This document shows, in pieces, positions 41,585 to 51,995 of a stretch of DNA of 64,000 nt. The notes below the pieces were generated by a model. The model was not told the DNA's origin. It saw only the letters and a list, made by a program, of their open reading frames with translations, and made no database searches. Source of the DNA: Phycisphaeraceae bacterium. Its GTDB lineage: Bacteria; Planctomycetota; Phycisphaerae; Phycisphaerales; Phycisphaeraceae. The stretch spans positions 4,288,001 through 4,352,000 of the forward strand of contig OY771506.1 in the NCBI GenBank assembly GCA_963674705.1, given 5' to 3'. The position numbers were made by a program, and so were the translations under genes. The number at the start of each line of letters is the position of its first letter. Within the stretch, counting starts at the first letter, position 1.

Positions 41585-41615
41585 AAAACACCCATGCAAA
41601 TGAATGCATGGGTGT
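41585..41615 (-). terminator. Hairpin downstream of rho
   Basis: acacccatgca-aatgaa-tgcatgggtgt with T4 on the minus strand. Confidence 0.6.
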
Positions 41616-41713
41616 GAATAATCGCTTCAGGATAGCCGGGGTAACGGGCTGCTGCTTGAACGTTAGTCCGTCCATTCAGGTCTTATAGTCGGACGGTAAG
41701 CACAGCCATATGC

Positions 41714-43246
41714 TTAATCCAGGCTCATCGTCAGCAGGAACTCGGCGTTGGTCTTCACCTTTTCGAGCCGGCTCTTGAGCAGTTCCATCGCTTCGACGAC
41801 GTTCATGTCCGCAAGCACCTTGCGCAGGCGGTAGATCAGCTTCAGCTCCTGGGTGTCCATCAGCAGTTCCTCACGACGCGTGCCGCTGGCGGCGATGTCG
41901 ATCGCGGGGTAGGTACGTTTTTCAACCAGTCGGCGGTCCAGGTGCAATTCGGAGTTACCCGTGCCCTTGAACTCCTCGAAGATGATGTCGTCCATCTTCG
42001 AGCCGGTGTCGACCAGCGCGGTGGCGAGGATGGTCAGCGAACCGCCGTTCTCGATCGCACGGGCCGAGCCGAAGAACTTCTTAGGCCGCTGCAAGGCGTT
42101 GGAGTCCAGACCGCCGGTCAGGATCTTGCCGGAGTGCGGCATCTCGGCGTTGTACGCACGGGCCATACGCGTGATCGAGTCCATCAGGATCACGACGTGC
42201 TGACCGAACTCGACGAAACGACGCGCCTTCTCGATAACCATCTCGCAAACCTGCACGTGGCGGTGGCTCTGTTCGTCGAACGTCGAGGCGATCACTTCCA
42301 CATCTTTCGGCGTGTTGTTCTTGAAGTCCGTCACTTCTTCAGGCCGTTCGTCGATCAAAAGCACGATGACCTTCGTCTCGGGGCTGTTGACGATGATCGA
42401 GTTAGCCATCTTCTGCAGAAGCACCGTCTTACCGGTACGCGGCGGGGCCACGATCAGACCACGCTGCCCGCGACCGATCGGCGTGACCAGGTCCACGATC
42501 CGCATCTCGATGTTGTCCGGCGTCGTCTCGAGGATCAGCCGTTCGTACGGATGCAGCGGTGTGAGGTCTTCGTAATTCTTGATGTCGTTCAGATGATCCG
42601 GCGGGAAGCCGTTTACCGCGTCCACACGCAGCAGTGCGAAGTACTTTTCACTTTCCTTCGGCGGACGGATTGAACCCTGCACCACGTGCCCGGGCTTCAA
42701 GCCGAAGCGACGGATCTGCGAAGGCGAGACATAGATATCATCCGGGCAGGCGAGGTAGGAATATTCCGGGCTACGTAAAAACCCGAACCCGTCAGGCAGG
42801 ATTTCCAACACGCCGTCGCCGTACATCAGGCCCTGCTTCTGCGTCTTGACCTCGAGGATCTTGAACGTCAGGTCATGGCGGGGCATGGTGGCCGCGTCTT
42901 CGATACCCTCTTCCTTGGCGACATTAAGCAGGTCATCCAGTTCCATCGCCTGGAGCGTGTGGACGGTGACGTCGCTCTTCTTGGCCTGCTCGTAACGACG
43001 CTGCGTCTCAGCATCGAGCTGTTCGTCGGTCTGCGGCTTGCGATGCTGCTTGGGCGTGCCGCCATTGTTTTGTTGTTCACCCTTGCCGGCATTGTCAGCC
43101 TTGGCGGGTTTATCAGCGGCTTCCGCCGCCTGCTCCTGCTCCACGGGCTCATCGACGGCTTCGGTCTTCTTCACCTTCGTCGTCTTGGCCTTCTTGGTCG
43201 TGCGCTTCTTCTTTGGCTTGGACTTAACGTTTTCTTCCGCTGCCAT
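41714..43246 (-). CDS. rho: Transcription termination factor Rho with N-terminal extension
   Basis: [67 protein letters not shown]. Confidence 0.98.
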   Translation of the reverse strand: MAAEENVKSKPKKKRTTKKAKTTKVKKTEAVDEPVEQEQAAEAADKPAKADNAGKGEQQNNGGTPKQHRKPQTDEQLDAETQRRYEQAKKSDVTVHTLQAMELDDLLNVAKEEGIEDAATMPRHDLTFKILEVKTQKQGLMYGDGVLEILPDGFGFLRSPEYSYLACPDDIYVSPSQIRRFGLKPGHVVQGSIRPPKESEKYFALLRVDAVNGFPPDHLNDIKNYEDLTPLHPYERLILETTPDNIEMRIVDLVTPIGRGQRGLIVAPPRTGKTVLLQKMANSIIVNSPETKVIVLLIDERPEEVTDFKNNTPKDVEVIASTFDEQSHRHVQVCEMVIEKARRFVEFGQHVVILMDSITRMARAYNAEMPHSGKILTGGLDSNALQRPKKFFGSARAIENGGSLTILATALVDTGSKMDDIIFEEFKGTGNSELHLDRRLVEKRTYPAIDIAASGTRREELLMDTQELKLIYRLRKVLADMNVVEAMELLKSRLEKVKTNAEFLLTMSLD

Positions 43247-43501
43247 GGGAGGGTCAATCCTTCACTAAAAAACGGGTGGATGCGACCGGGTTGAAGTCGG
43301 TCGGCGGGGTTGGACTCATATCCACAAGGACATGCTGGATCGCTTGATCCGTAGAGTACTGATTTAACGCAGCTCCTGCGTACAAAGGGTTATCCGAATA
43401 ACTAAAGTAAATTGGATATCGGGGGAGTATTCACGTGCAAAAAGCGGGAACATCCAAAGACGACCGGCCAAGGCTCTATCCTCATCGAAGCCGACCAGTG
43501 G

Positions 43502-44110
43502 TCAGTGAGTAATCCGGGAAAGCACCTCGCGAGTTTGCTCCAGACAGTGGGCCTCACTCGCGTCGTTGCTGATTACATAATCGGCACGTTCACGTTTAAT
43601 GTCAAGCGGCATCTGGCTTTTCTCACGCCGCGACAGCTCCGCCGCGTCCCAGCCACGATCCCGGGCCACCCGCTGAAGGCGTAAAGCCCGGGGGGCGTCT
43701 ACAAAGACTAACGCATCACAGTCCCGATCGATTCCCGATTCCAATAACAATGGGCTATCTTCCACGATCCCCACGACTTTCGGGTCCTGAAGGGCCTGTT
43801 TCCGCAGTAACGCCCGTCCCGCATGCACCTGCGGATGGATAATCCCCTCCAGTTGCTTGCGTCGATCCGGGTCGGCAAACACCATATCTGCCAGCGCAGA
43901 GCGATCCACACGCCCCTGATCCATCAAAATCCCGTCTCCCCACCACTTAGCTAGCTGATCAACGACCTCCGGGTCGTCCAGGGCCTGCTTCGCTAAAAGA
44001 TCAGAATCGATGATTACGCATCCCAAAGACGCCATCTGCCGTGCAACCAAGCTCTTACCCGCACCAGGCGCGCCCATCAGACCGATACAGGGGACCGATT
44101 CGTCACTCAT
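43502..44110 (-). CDS. coaE: Dephospho-CoA kinase
   Basis: IGLMGAPGAGKS, IDSD, VDRSALA..VF, LEGIIHP, PLLLE, ADYVISN. Confidence 0.93.
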   Translation of the reverse strand: MSDESVPCIGLMGAPGAGKSLVARQMASLGCVIIDSDLLAKQALDDPEVVDQLAKWWGDGILMDQGRVDRSALADMVFADPDRRKQLEGIIHPQVHAGRALLRKQALQDPKVVGIVEDSPLLLESGIDRDCDALVFVDAPRALRLQRVARDRGWDAAELSRREKSQMPLDIKRERADYVISNDASEAHCLEQTREVLSRITH

Positions 44111-44455
44111 CCCATCATCTCCAAACCGAAGCAGCCATCAAATGGATCACTACCCAACTTCACCGCCCGGGCAGCATATCACCCAAAGCACGCTGGGCCG
44201 ACGCTGTTCAAGGCGCTATACTCTAGTGTATTCACACAAGCAGATGACATGAGGCGTGTTATAGATGCCGATCGGATCGGAACCGGTTGCTGTGTGCTGG
44301 TCCATCGATCCAACGATGCACGGCAAGCCAACGCCGGGCAATCAAAGCGCAAGATTTGCCAGCCGCGTGAATTGCCTTCATAATTTACCCTCCCGCACTA
44401 TTTACCCTACCCCACACCACCGGCTCCCGATCCGGTGGATCAACACGAGGAACGG

Positions 44456-46243
44456 ATGGCCCGAAAAAGACGTCAACTCGGTGAAATCCTCAAGCGCTGG
44501 GGACTGATCGATGATGAGAAACTCGAAGAAGCGCTCAAGCTCTCTCAAGGTTCACGCAAACGCATCGGCGAAGTCCTGGTCGACCTCGGTTATGCTCAAC
44601 AAAACGATGTCGCCAAAGCGCTCGCATCTCAGTTCGGCATGGAGTTTGTCGACCTCGATCAACCCGACGTCGTCTCCAAAGACAACCTCGAACTGATCCC
44701 CACCGACCTGATCAAAAAGTACACCGTCCTGCCGCTGGGTAAGGATGGCAACAGGCTAAAAGTCTTGGTCCACGATCCGATGGACCTGGCCGTCATCGAC
44801 GACCTGCGCTTCCGCCTCGGCGGTGAACTCGAACTTGCACTCGGCGCCAAAGATAAGATCCGCGAATACATCGAAAGCTTCCTGTCCGAAACACAGGCCT
44901 CGATCGACGAAGAAGTCCGCCGCATGACGATGGACGCCTCGATCGACGCCGGCGCGTCACTGGACGTGCACATGGCCGGCGAAGAAGACGCCGAGCCGAC
45001 CGGCGACGAATCGAAAGATGCACAGTCCGCCCCGATCGTCCGACTGGTCGCCGAGATCATCAAGGAAGCCGTCGTAACGCGTGCCAGCGACATCCACATC
45101 GAGCCCTTTGAAAACCGCGTCCGCCTGCGCTACCGCATCGACGGCGTCTGCCAGGAAAAAGACGTCATCCCCAAGCGCACACAGCAGTCGGTCATCGCGC
45201 GTCTGAAGATCATGTCCGGGATGAAGATCGAAGAGAAACGCATCCCGCAGGACGGTCGTATCAAGATGAAGATCGGTGGCGAAATCATCGACTTCCGTGT
45301 CTCCGCCTGCCCGGCCTACCACGGCGAATCCGTCGTCCTGCGTATCTTGCGCCCCGACGCCGCCAAACTCGGCCTGGCCAACCTCGGTATGCAGGAAGAC
45401 ACGCTCGAGATGTTCAAGAAAATCATCGCCAGGCCCAATGGCATCTTCCTCGTCACCGGCCCTACCGGCTCGGGTAAAACAACGACCCTCTACTCGGCAC
45501 TGTCCGAACTCAACCGACCGGACATCAAGATCATCACCGCCGAGGACCCGATCGAATACAACTTCAAAGGCATCAACCAGTGCCAGGTCAACGAGCACAT
45601 CGGCCTGACCTTCGACAGGATCCTTCGCGCCATGCTGCGTCAGGCGCCCAACATCATCCTCGTCGGTGAAATCCGTGACCGTACGGTCGGCGAAGTCGCC
45701 ATCCAGGCCGCCCTGACAGGCCACATGGTCTTCTCCACGCTGCACACCAACGATGCACCTTCCGCGATCACACGTCTGGTCGACATGGGCCTCAAACCCT
45801 TCCTTGTCGCCAGCTCGATCCAGGCCGTCCTCGCCCAGCGTCTGGTGCGTATCCTCTGCGATCACTGCAAGGAGCCGGAAGAAAATCCAAACCCGCGGCT
45901 GATCCACCTTTGCGGTTTCAAGAAGGGGGACCTGGACGGACAAACGATCTACAAACCCGTCGGCTGCACCCGTTGCGGCGGATCGGGTTACCGAGGACGA
46001 CGCGGCATCTACGAACTGATGATTATGAATTCTGAGCTGCGCGAGCTGGCATTCAACCGCGCCGCTGTCAGTAAGATCCGGCAGGCAGCAATCGCCTCCG
46101 GCATGCGAAACCTTATCGGTGACGGCCGGCTCAAGATCCTTGAAGGCAAAACCACGCTTGATGAAGTCGCACGCGTCGCACAGGTCGGCGGCACCGTCGA
46201 GTTGGATGAAGAAGGCATGGACGACGGTTCCATGGTTGCATAA
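44456..46243 (+). CDS. PilB/GspE-family assembly ATPase 1 with MshEN-like N-terminus
   Basis: ASDIHIEP, PQDGRI, VTGPTGSGKTTTLY, LRQAP..ILVGEIRD, TGH..FSTLHTN, Cys4 zinc site. Confidence 0.95.
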   Translation: MARKRRQLGEILKRWGLIDDEKLEEALKLSQGSRKRIGEVLVDLGYAQQNDVAKALASQFGMEFVDLDQPDVVSKDNLELIPTDLIKKYTVLPLGKDGNRLKVLVHDPMDLAVIDDLRFRLGGELELALGAKDKIREYIESFLSETQASIDEEVRRMTMDASIDAGASLDVHMAGEEDAEPTGDESKDAQSAPIVRLVAEIIKEAVVTRASDIHIEPFENRVRLRYRIDGVCQEKDVIPKRTQQSVIARLKIMSGMKIEEKRIPQDGRIKMKIGGEIIDFRVSACPAYHGESVVLRILRPDAAKLGLANLGMQEDTLEMFKKIIARPNGIFLVTGPTGSGKTTTLYSALSELNRPDIKIITAEDPIEYNFKGINQCQVNEHIGLTFDRILRAMLRQAPNIILVGEIRDRTVGEVAIQAALTGHMVFSTLHTNDAPSAITRLVDMGLKPFLVASSIQAVLAQRLVRILCDHCKEPEENPNPRLIHLCGFKKGDLDGQTIYKPVGCTRCGGSGYRGRRGIYELMIMNSELRELAFNRAAVSKIRQAAIASGMRNLIGDGRLKILEGKTTLDEVARVAQVGGTVELDEEGMDDGSMVA

Positions 46244-46338
46244 ACCACGTGCCGGCCCCGAAGCTGCACGCTGCAAAAGATATGAACACACGCCGCTTCT
46301 CACGCATGATTTGATCGCGGCATAACAGGAGTACACAC

Positions 46339-47517
46339 TTGAGTTCTTCAAGCTCATCCGAAGGCAAACGCCCGCCCTCAACGATCCATATCGACCGACT
46401 GCTCGATACCGTCGTCAAGCAGGACGCCAGCGACTTGCACCTGACCGTCGGCAAAAAGCCCACCCTGCGTATCCGCGGCCGGCTTGTCGAGTTGAACACC
46501 AAAGTCCTCGAGCCCGCCGACACCGTCGCGCTGATGAAGTCCATCACGCCCGAACGTGGACAGAACGAGCTTCAAGAAGAAGGTGGCTGCGACTTCGGTT
46601 TCGCCTACGGCGACGCCGCCCGTTTCCGTGTCTCGGTCTTCAAGCAGAAAGGCAACGTCGCGCTGGTCTTGCGACAGATCCCCAATGAACTGCTTCCCCT
46701 CGACGTCATCGGCCTGCCCATGATCGTCAAAGACCTGATCCGCCGACCGCAGGGCCTGTTCCTGGTCACCGGGCCTACCGGTTCGGGTAAAACGACCACC
46801 CTCGCGGCCATGATCAACGACATCAACCTCACCCTCGACCGGCACATCATCACCGTCGAAGACCCGATCGAGTATTACCAGAACCACAACAAGAGCATCA
46901 TTAACCAACGCGAGGTCGGCAACGACTGCCCCAGCTTCGCAGAGGCCCTGCGTCGTGCTCTGCGTCAGGACCCGGACGTCATCCTCGTCGGTGAGTTGCG
47001 TGACCTTGAGACCATCGAGGCCGCCATCCGGGCCGCCGAAACGGGCCACCTCGTGTTCGGCACCCTGCACACCAACTCCGCCGGCGGCACCATCAACCGT
47101 GTCATCGACGCCTTCCCCACCAACCAGCAGGCCCAGGTCCGTGTACAGCTCGCGACCTCCCTCATGGCCGTGCTCTCCCAGCAACTGCTCAAGCGTATCG
47201 ACAAGAAGGGCATGGTCGCGGCCTACGAGTTCCTCGTGGTCACCCCCGCCATCTCCAACCTCATCCGTGAGAACAAGACCTTCCGAATCGACTCGGCCAT
47301 CCAGACCGGTAAAAAGTTCGGCATGCAGTTGCTCGACGACCACCTCTGGGACCTCTATAGCCGCGGCTGGATCAGCGTCGAGGACATGATCGACAAGTGC
47401 CGAAGCCAGCCGGCGATGATCGAGAAGGTCAAACGTGCCGGTCAATCCATTGGCCGCGCTGAGCTGGATGAGGAAGATGTCGACATCAAGGGTGGCGATG
47501 CCAAAGCAGGCAAATAA
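46339..47517 (+). CDS. pilT: Type IV pilus retraction ATPase
   Basis: ASDLHL, GPTGSGKTTT, QREVG.D..SF..ALR.ALRQDPD, AAETGHLVFGTLHT, AISNLIRE. Confidence 0.95.
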   Translation: MSSSSSSEGKRPPSTIHIDRLLDTVVKQDASDLHLTVGKKPTLRIRGRLVELNTKVLEPADTVALMKSITPERGQNELQEEGGCDFGFAYGDAARFRVSVFKQKGNVALVLRQIPNELLPLDVIGLPMIVKDLIRRPQGLFLVTGPTGSGKTTTLAAMINDINLTLDRHIITVEDPIEYYQNHNKSIINQREVGNDCPSFAEALRRALRQDPDVILVGELRDLETIEAAIRAAETGHLVFGTLHTNSAGGTINRVIDAFPTNQQAQVRVQLATSLMAVLSQQLLKRIDKKGMVAAYEFLVVTPAISNLIRENKTFRIDSAIQTGKKFGMQLLDDHLWDLYSRGWISVEDMIDKCRSQPAMIEKVKRAGQSIGRAELDEEDVDIKGGDAKAGK

Positions 47518-47720
47518 ACCTTACGAACAAGATTCAAGCCTTAATATTGGGGGAATACCGCTTTTTGCAATTTAAGTTACGCAAACCAAGCGGCACCCTA
47601 CACCCTTTATGGCTAAAACACTGCAATAACAACGATTAAGAGAGCAACCTAACAGGTATCACACACTCAAAAACTTTATCTAATTCCCGGTGTCTTTTTC
47701 TAAGTTACCGCCTTTAACAC

Positions 47721-47748
47721 TTGAATACACCATATCGGTCGATATAGT
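47721..47748 (+). promoter_or_regulatory. Putative sigma70 promoter for the pilB2-pilC-pilin operon
   Basis: TTGAAT-N16-TATAGT in AT-rich intergenic DNA. Confidence 0.55.
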
Positions 47749-48028
47749 GTTAGATAGACGGGGGAACTGAGGCATTCAGAAGATCACAGCCACGCAACGT
47801 GACTTTTCATCAGGGGCTTCTGAATGATGCAGTGTCAAGAGCCGTGAATATAGGCTCCGCAAGAAAGGCACTTGGATATTGGACAACGGGATTTTGGAGT
47901 AAAGGCAAGACCCAGCCAACGGACTTCCTTGGCGTGTTGTCTTGCCACCGAACATGAACGCGGATTAAACCCGCATCAAAACCGGATAACCCGTCCAAAC
48001 ATGGAACTGAGTGTCAGGACACAAAACA

Positions 48029-49771
48029 ATGGCTGAACGCAAGAACGAGCTTAATGAACTACGCGGCCGAAAGCTCGGTCGAATCCTGACCAAGATGGGT
48101 AAGGTTACCCGTGACCAGGTCAACGAGGCCCTCGCCCTCCAGGAACACAACCGAGCCCCGATCGGCCAGCTGCTGGTCGAACTGGGCTACGTCACCCACG
48201 ACGACGTTAACCTCGCCCTCGCCGCCCAGGCCGGCATGGAGACCGTCGACCTCAACGACTTCGACCTCTCTGAAGAAATCATCCGGATCATCCCGTCCGA
48301 GATGGCGATGTCCTACCAGATCCTGCCCCTGAGCTACGACAAGGAACGGCACGATCTCGTCGTCGCCATGAAGACAGCCGACAACTTCCGGGCCGTGGAC
48401 GACCTGCGCCTGCTCATGGGCTTCAACGTCCGGGCCGTCGTCGCCCCCGCCGAGCAACTCGAAAAACTGTTGCAGACGCACTACGGCGACGATGAGGAAT
48501 CCGTCCTCGACATCATCAGCTCGCTGACCGATGACGAAGACTTCGAGGCCCTGGCCGACCGCGGCGAATCGATCGACCTTGAAGAACAGATCGAGCTGGC
48601 CGATGACAACCGCGTCAAACGCCTGCTCAACCTCGTGCTGCTTCAGGCCATCAAGGACAAGGCCTCCGACATCCACTTCGAGCCGTTCGAAGACGAGTTC
48701 AAGATGCGCTACCGCATCGACGGCGTGCTCTACGAAATGATCCCACCGCCCAAACACCTGGCGATGCCCATCGTCAGCCGTGTGAAGGTTATGTCCAACC
48801 TCGATATCGCCGAACGCCGGCTCCCGCAGGACGGCCGTATCGAACTGATCGTCAACAACAACCCCGTCGACCTGCGTGTCGCCGTGCTCCCGACCATGTT
48901 CGGCGAGTCGGTCGTTATGCGTATCCTCGACCGCGGCAACGTTCAGCTCGACCTCGACCGCATCGGCATGCGTGGCGACGACCTGGAAACCTTCCGCCAA
49001 CTGATCCACAAGCCCAACGGCATCGTCGTCGTCACCGGCCCCACCGGCTCGGGTAAAACAACGACCCTCTACGCCGCGCTCAACGAACTGAACACCCCTA
49101 CTGAAAAAATCCTCACCGTCGAAGACCCCGTCGAATACGACATCGACGGCCTCGTCCAGATCCAGGTCCGTGCGGAAGTCGGCCTGACCTTCGCCGCCGC
49201 CCTGCGTAGCTTCCTGCGTCAGGACCCCGACATCATCCTCGTCGGCGAGACCCGTGACCTTGAAACCGCGCAGATCGCTGTGCAGGCGTCGCTCACGGGC
49301 CACCTTGTGTTCACCACGCTGCACACCAACGACGCCCCCAGCTCGATCGCGCGTCTGCTGGACCTCGGCCTCGAGCCGTTCCTCCTCACCGCGACCATCG
49401 AAGGCATCGCCGCCCAGCGTCTGGTGCGCACGATCTGCTCTCGCTGCAAAGAGCCTTACGACCCGTCTGAAGAGGAACTGATGCAGCTTCAACTGCTCCC
49501 CGAAGACCTCGACGGGCGTCAGCTCTATCGCGGCCGGGGCTGCGACTATTGCAACCACTCCGGCTACAAGGGCCGGATCGGCCTGTTTGAAATCATGGTG
49601 TTCGACGACGAGATCCGCGAGATGATCATGCAGAACGCGTCGACCCAGGCGTTGCGCTCCGAAGCGAAGAAGCGCGGCCTGCGTACGCTGCGACACTCAG
49701 GCCTGATGGCTTTGTATGACGGTATCACCACGATCGAGGAAGTTGTCCGCGAGACGTTGGTGGAAGAATGA
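48029..49771 (+). CDS. pilB: PilB/GspE-family assembly ATPase 2 with MshEN-like N-terminus
   Basis: ASDIHFEP, LDIAERRLPQDGRI, Walker A GPTGSGKTT, LRQDPD, TGHLVFTTLHTN, Cys4. Confidence 0.93.
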   Translation: MAERKNELNELRGRKLGRILTKMGKVTRDQVNEALALQEHNRAPIGQLLVELGYVTHDDVNLALAAQAGMETVDLNDFDLSEEIIRIIPSEMAMSYQILPLSYDKERHDLVVAMKTADNFRAVDDLRLLMGFNVRAVVAPAEQLEKLLQTHYGDDEESVLDIISSLTDDEDFEALADRGESIDLEEQIELADDNRVKRLLNLVLLQAIKDKASDIHFEPFEDEFKMRYRIDGVLYEMIPPPKHLAMPIVSRVKVMSNLDIAERRLPQDGRIELIVNNNPVDLRVAVLPTMFGESVVMRILDRGNVQLDLDRIGMRGDDLETFRQLIHKPNGIVVVTGPTGSGKTTTLYAALNELNTPTEKILTVEDPVEYDIDGLVQIQVRAEVGLTFAAALRSFLRQDPDIILVGETRDLETAQIAVQASLTGHLVFTTLHTNDAPSSIARLLDLGLEPFLLTATIEGIAAQRLVRTICSRCKEPYDPSEEELMQLQLLPEDLDGRQLYRGRGCDYCNHSGYKGRIGLFEIMVFDDEIREMIMQNASTQALRSEAKKRGLRTLRHSGLMALYDGITTIEEVVRETLVEE

Positions 49772-49853
49772 TCCCACACACCGTCCGTCTGCACCGCGCC
49801 GCCGGGCGCGGGACCGGACGGATTAGCAAGGGACGGGAAAAAAGGAGTCTGCC

Positions 49854-51128
49854 ATGCCGACTTTTCAGTACGAGGCACTAGACGACGGCGGCAAGCCGCA
49901 AAAAGGCACGATCACGGCAGCGACCAGTGACGAAGCGATCCAACGCATCCGCAGCCAGGGATACTTCCCCACCTCCGTGCGAGAGCAGAAGGTCAAGAAG
50001 TCCCGGGGCAGCAGCGGTGGTGCTAAAGCCGGCAAGAAAAAAGGCGGCGGCATCAGCATCAACATCGGCGGCGTGTCAGGCAAACAACTGACCACCTTCA
50101 CACGCCAGCTCTCCACGCTGCAGGACGCCGGCCTGCCGATCCTTCGCTCGCTACAGATCCTCGAACAACAGCAGAAACCCGGCCTGCTCAAGGACGTGCT
50201 CGGCAACGTCCACGAAGACGTCGCCTCCGGCTCGACGCTCTCCGACGCTATGACCAAGCACCCCAAGGCTTTCAACAAGCTCTACACCAAGATGATCGCC
50301 GCCGGCGAAGTCGGTGGTGTGTTGGACCTGATCTTGCAGCGTCTGGCCGAGTTCATGGAAAAGGCCGCCAAGCTTAAACGCCGGATCATCGGTGCGTTGA
50401 TCTACCCCGCGGTCGTGATCTTCGTCGCCGCGGTCATCGTGCTGGGCATCATGTACTTCATCGTGCCGAAGTTCGAATCCATCTTCGAAGACTTCGACAC
50501 CGACATGCCCGCCCTGACGCTGTTCCTGATCGGCTTCAGTAAATGGCTAGGCGGTCGTCAGTACGACGGGCAGTTGCCCGGCATCCTCTGGGTGCTGCTC
50601 AGCCCGATCGCGATCTTCATGATCTTCAAACTCGTGCGTAAATCCAACACCGGTAAGGCCGTCACCGACTGGACGCTGCTGAAGCTGCCGGTCGTCGGCA
50701 CGCTCGCCGCCAAGGCCACCATCGCCAAGTTCACCCGAACCCTCGGCACGCTGATCACCGCCGGCGTCCCCATCCTCGACGCCATCAGCATCACCAGCGA
50801 AACCACCGGCAACTACGTCTTCGAAAAAGCCCTGACCAAGGTCCACGACTCGGTCCGTCAAGGTGAAAGCTTTGCCGAACCGCTCAGGCAATCGAAAGTC
50901 ACCGACACCATCGTCGTCAACATGATCGACGTCGGCGAGGAAACAGGTGACCTGGACAAGATGCTCCTGAAGATCGCGGACAACTTCGATGAAGAAGTCG
51001 ACGTCGCGGTCGCCAGCCTCGTGTCCCTGCTCGAACCGATCATGATCGTCGTGCTCGGTGGTATCGTCGGCTTCATCGTCGTGTCGTTGTTCCTGCCGCT
51101 GGTCAAGCTGATGCAGGCCGTGATGTAA
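49854..51128 (+). CDS. pilC: Type IV pilus / T2SS inner-membrane platform protein (PilC/GspF)
   Basis: FTRQLSTL..AGLP, AGEVGG.L, ALIYP, FTRTLGTL..AGVP, VGEETGDLD, LLEP. Confidence 0.96.
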   Translation: MPTFQYEALDDGGKPQKGTITAATSDEAIQRIRSQGYFPTSVREQKVKKSRGSSGGAKAGKKKGGGISINIGGVSGKQLTTFTRQLSTLQDAGLPILRSLQILEQQQKPGLLKDVLGNVHEDVASGSTLSDAMTKHPKAFNKLYTKMIAAGEVGGVLDLILQRLAEFMEKAAKLKRRIIGALIYPAVVIFVAAVIVLGIMYFIVPKFESIFEDFDTDMPALTLFLIGFSKWLGGRQYDGQLPGILWVLLSPIAIFMIFKLVRKSNTGKAVTDWTLLKLPVVGTLAAKATIAKFTRTLGTLITAGVPILDAISITSETTGNYVFEKALTKVHDSVRQGESFAEPLRQSKVTDTIVVNMIDVGEETGDLDKMLLKIADNFDEEVDVAVASLVSLLEPIMIVVLGGIVGFIVVSLFLPLVKLMQAVM

Positions 51129-51203
51129 ACCCGTCCCTCCCGCGGTGTTGCCCCAGCGGGTCTCCCCTGGGGCCACCGTTTTTGAATCATCGAGGTATTG
51201 AAC

Positions 51204-51989
51204 ATGACAAACCTCAGAACCATAAACCGACCTCACGCAACCGGCTTCTCGCTGCTGGAGCTGCTCGTGGTCATCTCCATCATCGCCGTCATCGCCAGCC
51301 TGCTGATCGGCGGCGTGAGCATGCTTAAATCAAGCTCCAAGGAAAGCCAGGCCCGCACACTACTGGCCAACCTCATGGGCCAGGCCAGCATGTATGAAGT
51401 GAAAACCCGACAGGATTCGCCCCCCTTGAACCACATTGACGATGATCTGTTTGGCGACTGGTCAGGCGGTAATTGGGCCAAGAACGCCCCCGGCGTAAAC
51501 GGTACGGGCCCCATCGTCGAAGGCTACGACAAGGACGACACCAGCGACAACACCGATTACAGCCCCAAGGGCAAAGAGAACTACTACTACATGCGGCAGG
51601 CAAACGCCTACATCGAACGCTTCATCTGGGCCGCCAATCAGATGCCGCAGATTCGTGAGAAGCTCGACAGCCTGGGTGCCGCGTTAGATGACAGCGACAA
51701 TGACGGTTTCCTGGACGTCGTCGACCCCTGGGGCAACCCCATCGCCTACGCCGCTTCCGTCAGCCACGACCCTACCAAAAACCCGGACGACGACTTCCTG
51801 CCCGTCCACAACAACCCGTTCTTCGCCTCCGCCGGCGCCGACCTGAAGTGGGGCCTGGCACGCAAGCGGGGTGAGTTCGCCAATGACAACGATTGGTTGG
51901 CCTTCCAGGAAACCGACGCCTACAAGGATTCGCTGGACAACCTCTACAGCTTCGACCTGGACCGCGCCGCCGCCACTCGTGGGGACTAA
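51204..51989 (+). CDS. Prepilin-type N-methylation domain protein (GspG-like)
   Basis: G|FSLLELLVVISII; DPWGNPIAY; SAGAD. Confidence 0.9.
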   Translation: MTNLRTINRPHATGFSLLELLVVISIIAVIASLLIGGVSMLKSSSKESQARTLLANLMGQASMYEVKTRQDSPPLNHIDDDLFGDWSGGNWAKNAPGVNGTGPIVEGYDKDDTSDNTDYSPKGKENYYYMRQANAYIERFIWAANQMPQIREKLDSLGAALDDSDNDGFLDVVDPWGNPIAYAASVSHDPTKNPDDDFLPVHNNPFFASAGADLKWGLARKRGEFANDNDWLAFQETDAYKDSLDNLYSFDLDRAAATRGD

Positions 51990-51995
51990 ACAAAC

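Noticed and set aside
44957..49696. Long minus-strand ORFs (474, 355 and 545 aa)
   Set aside because: Antisense shadows of the PilB and PilT genes
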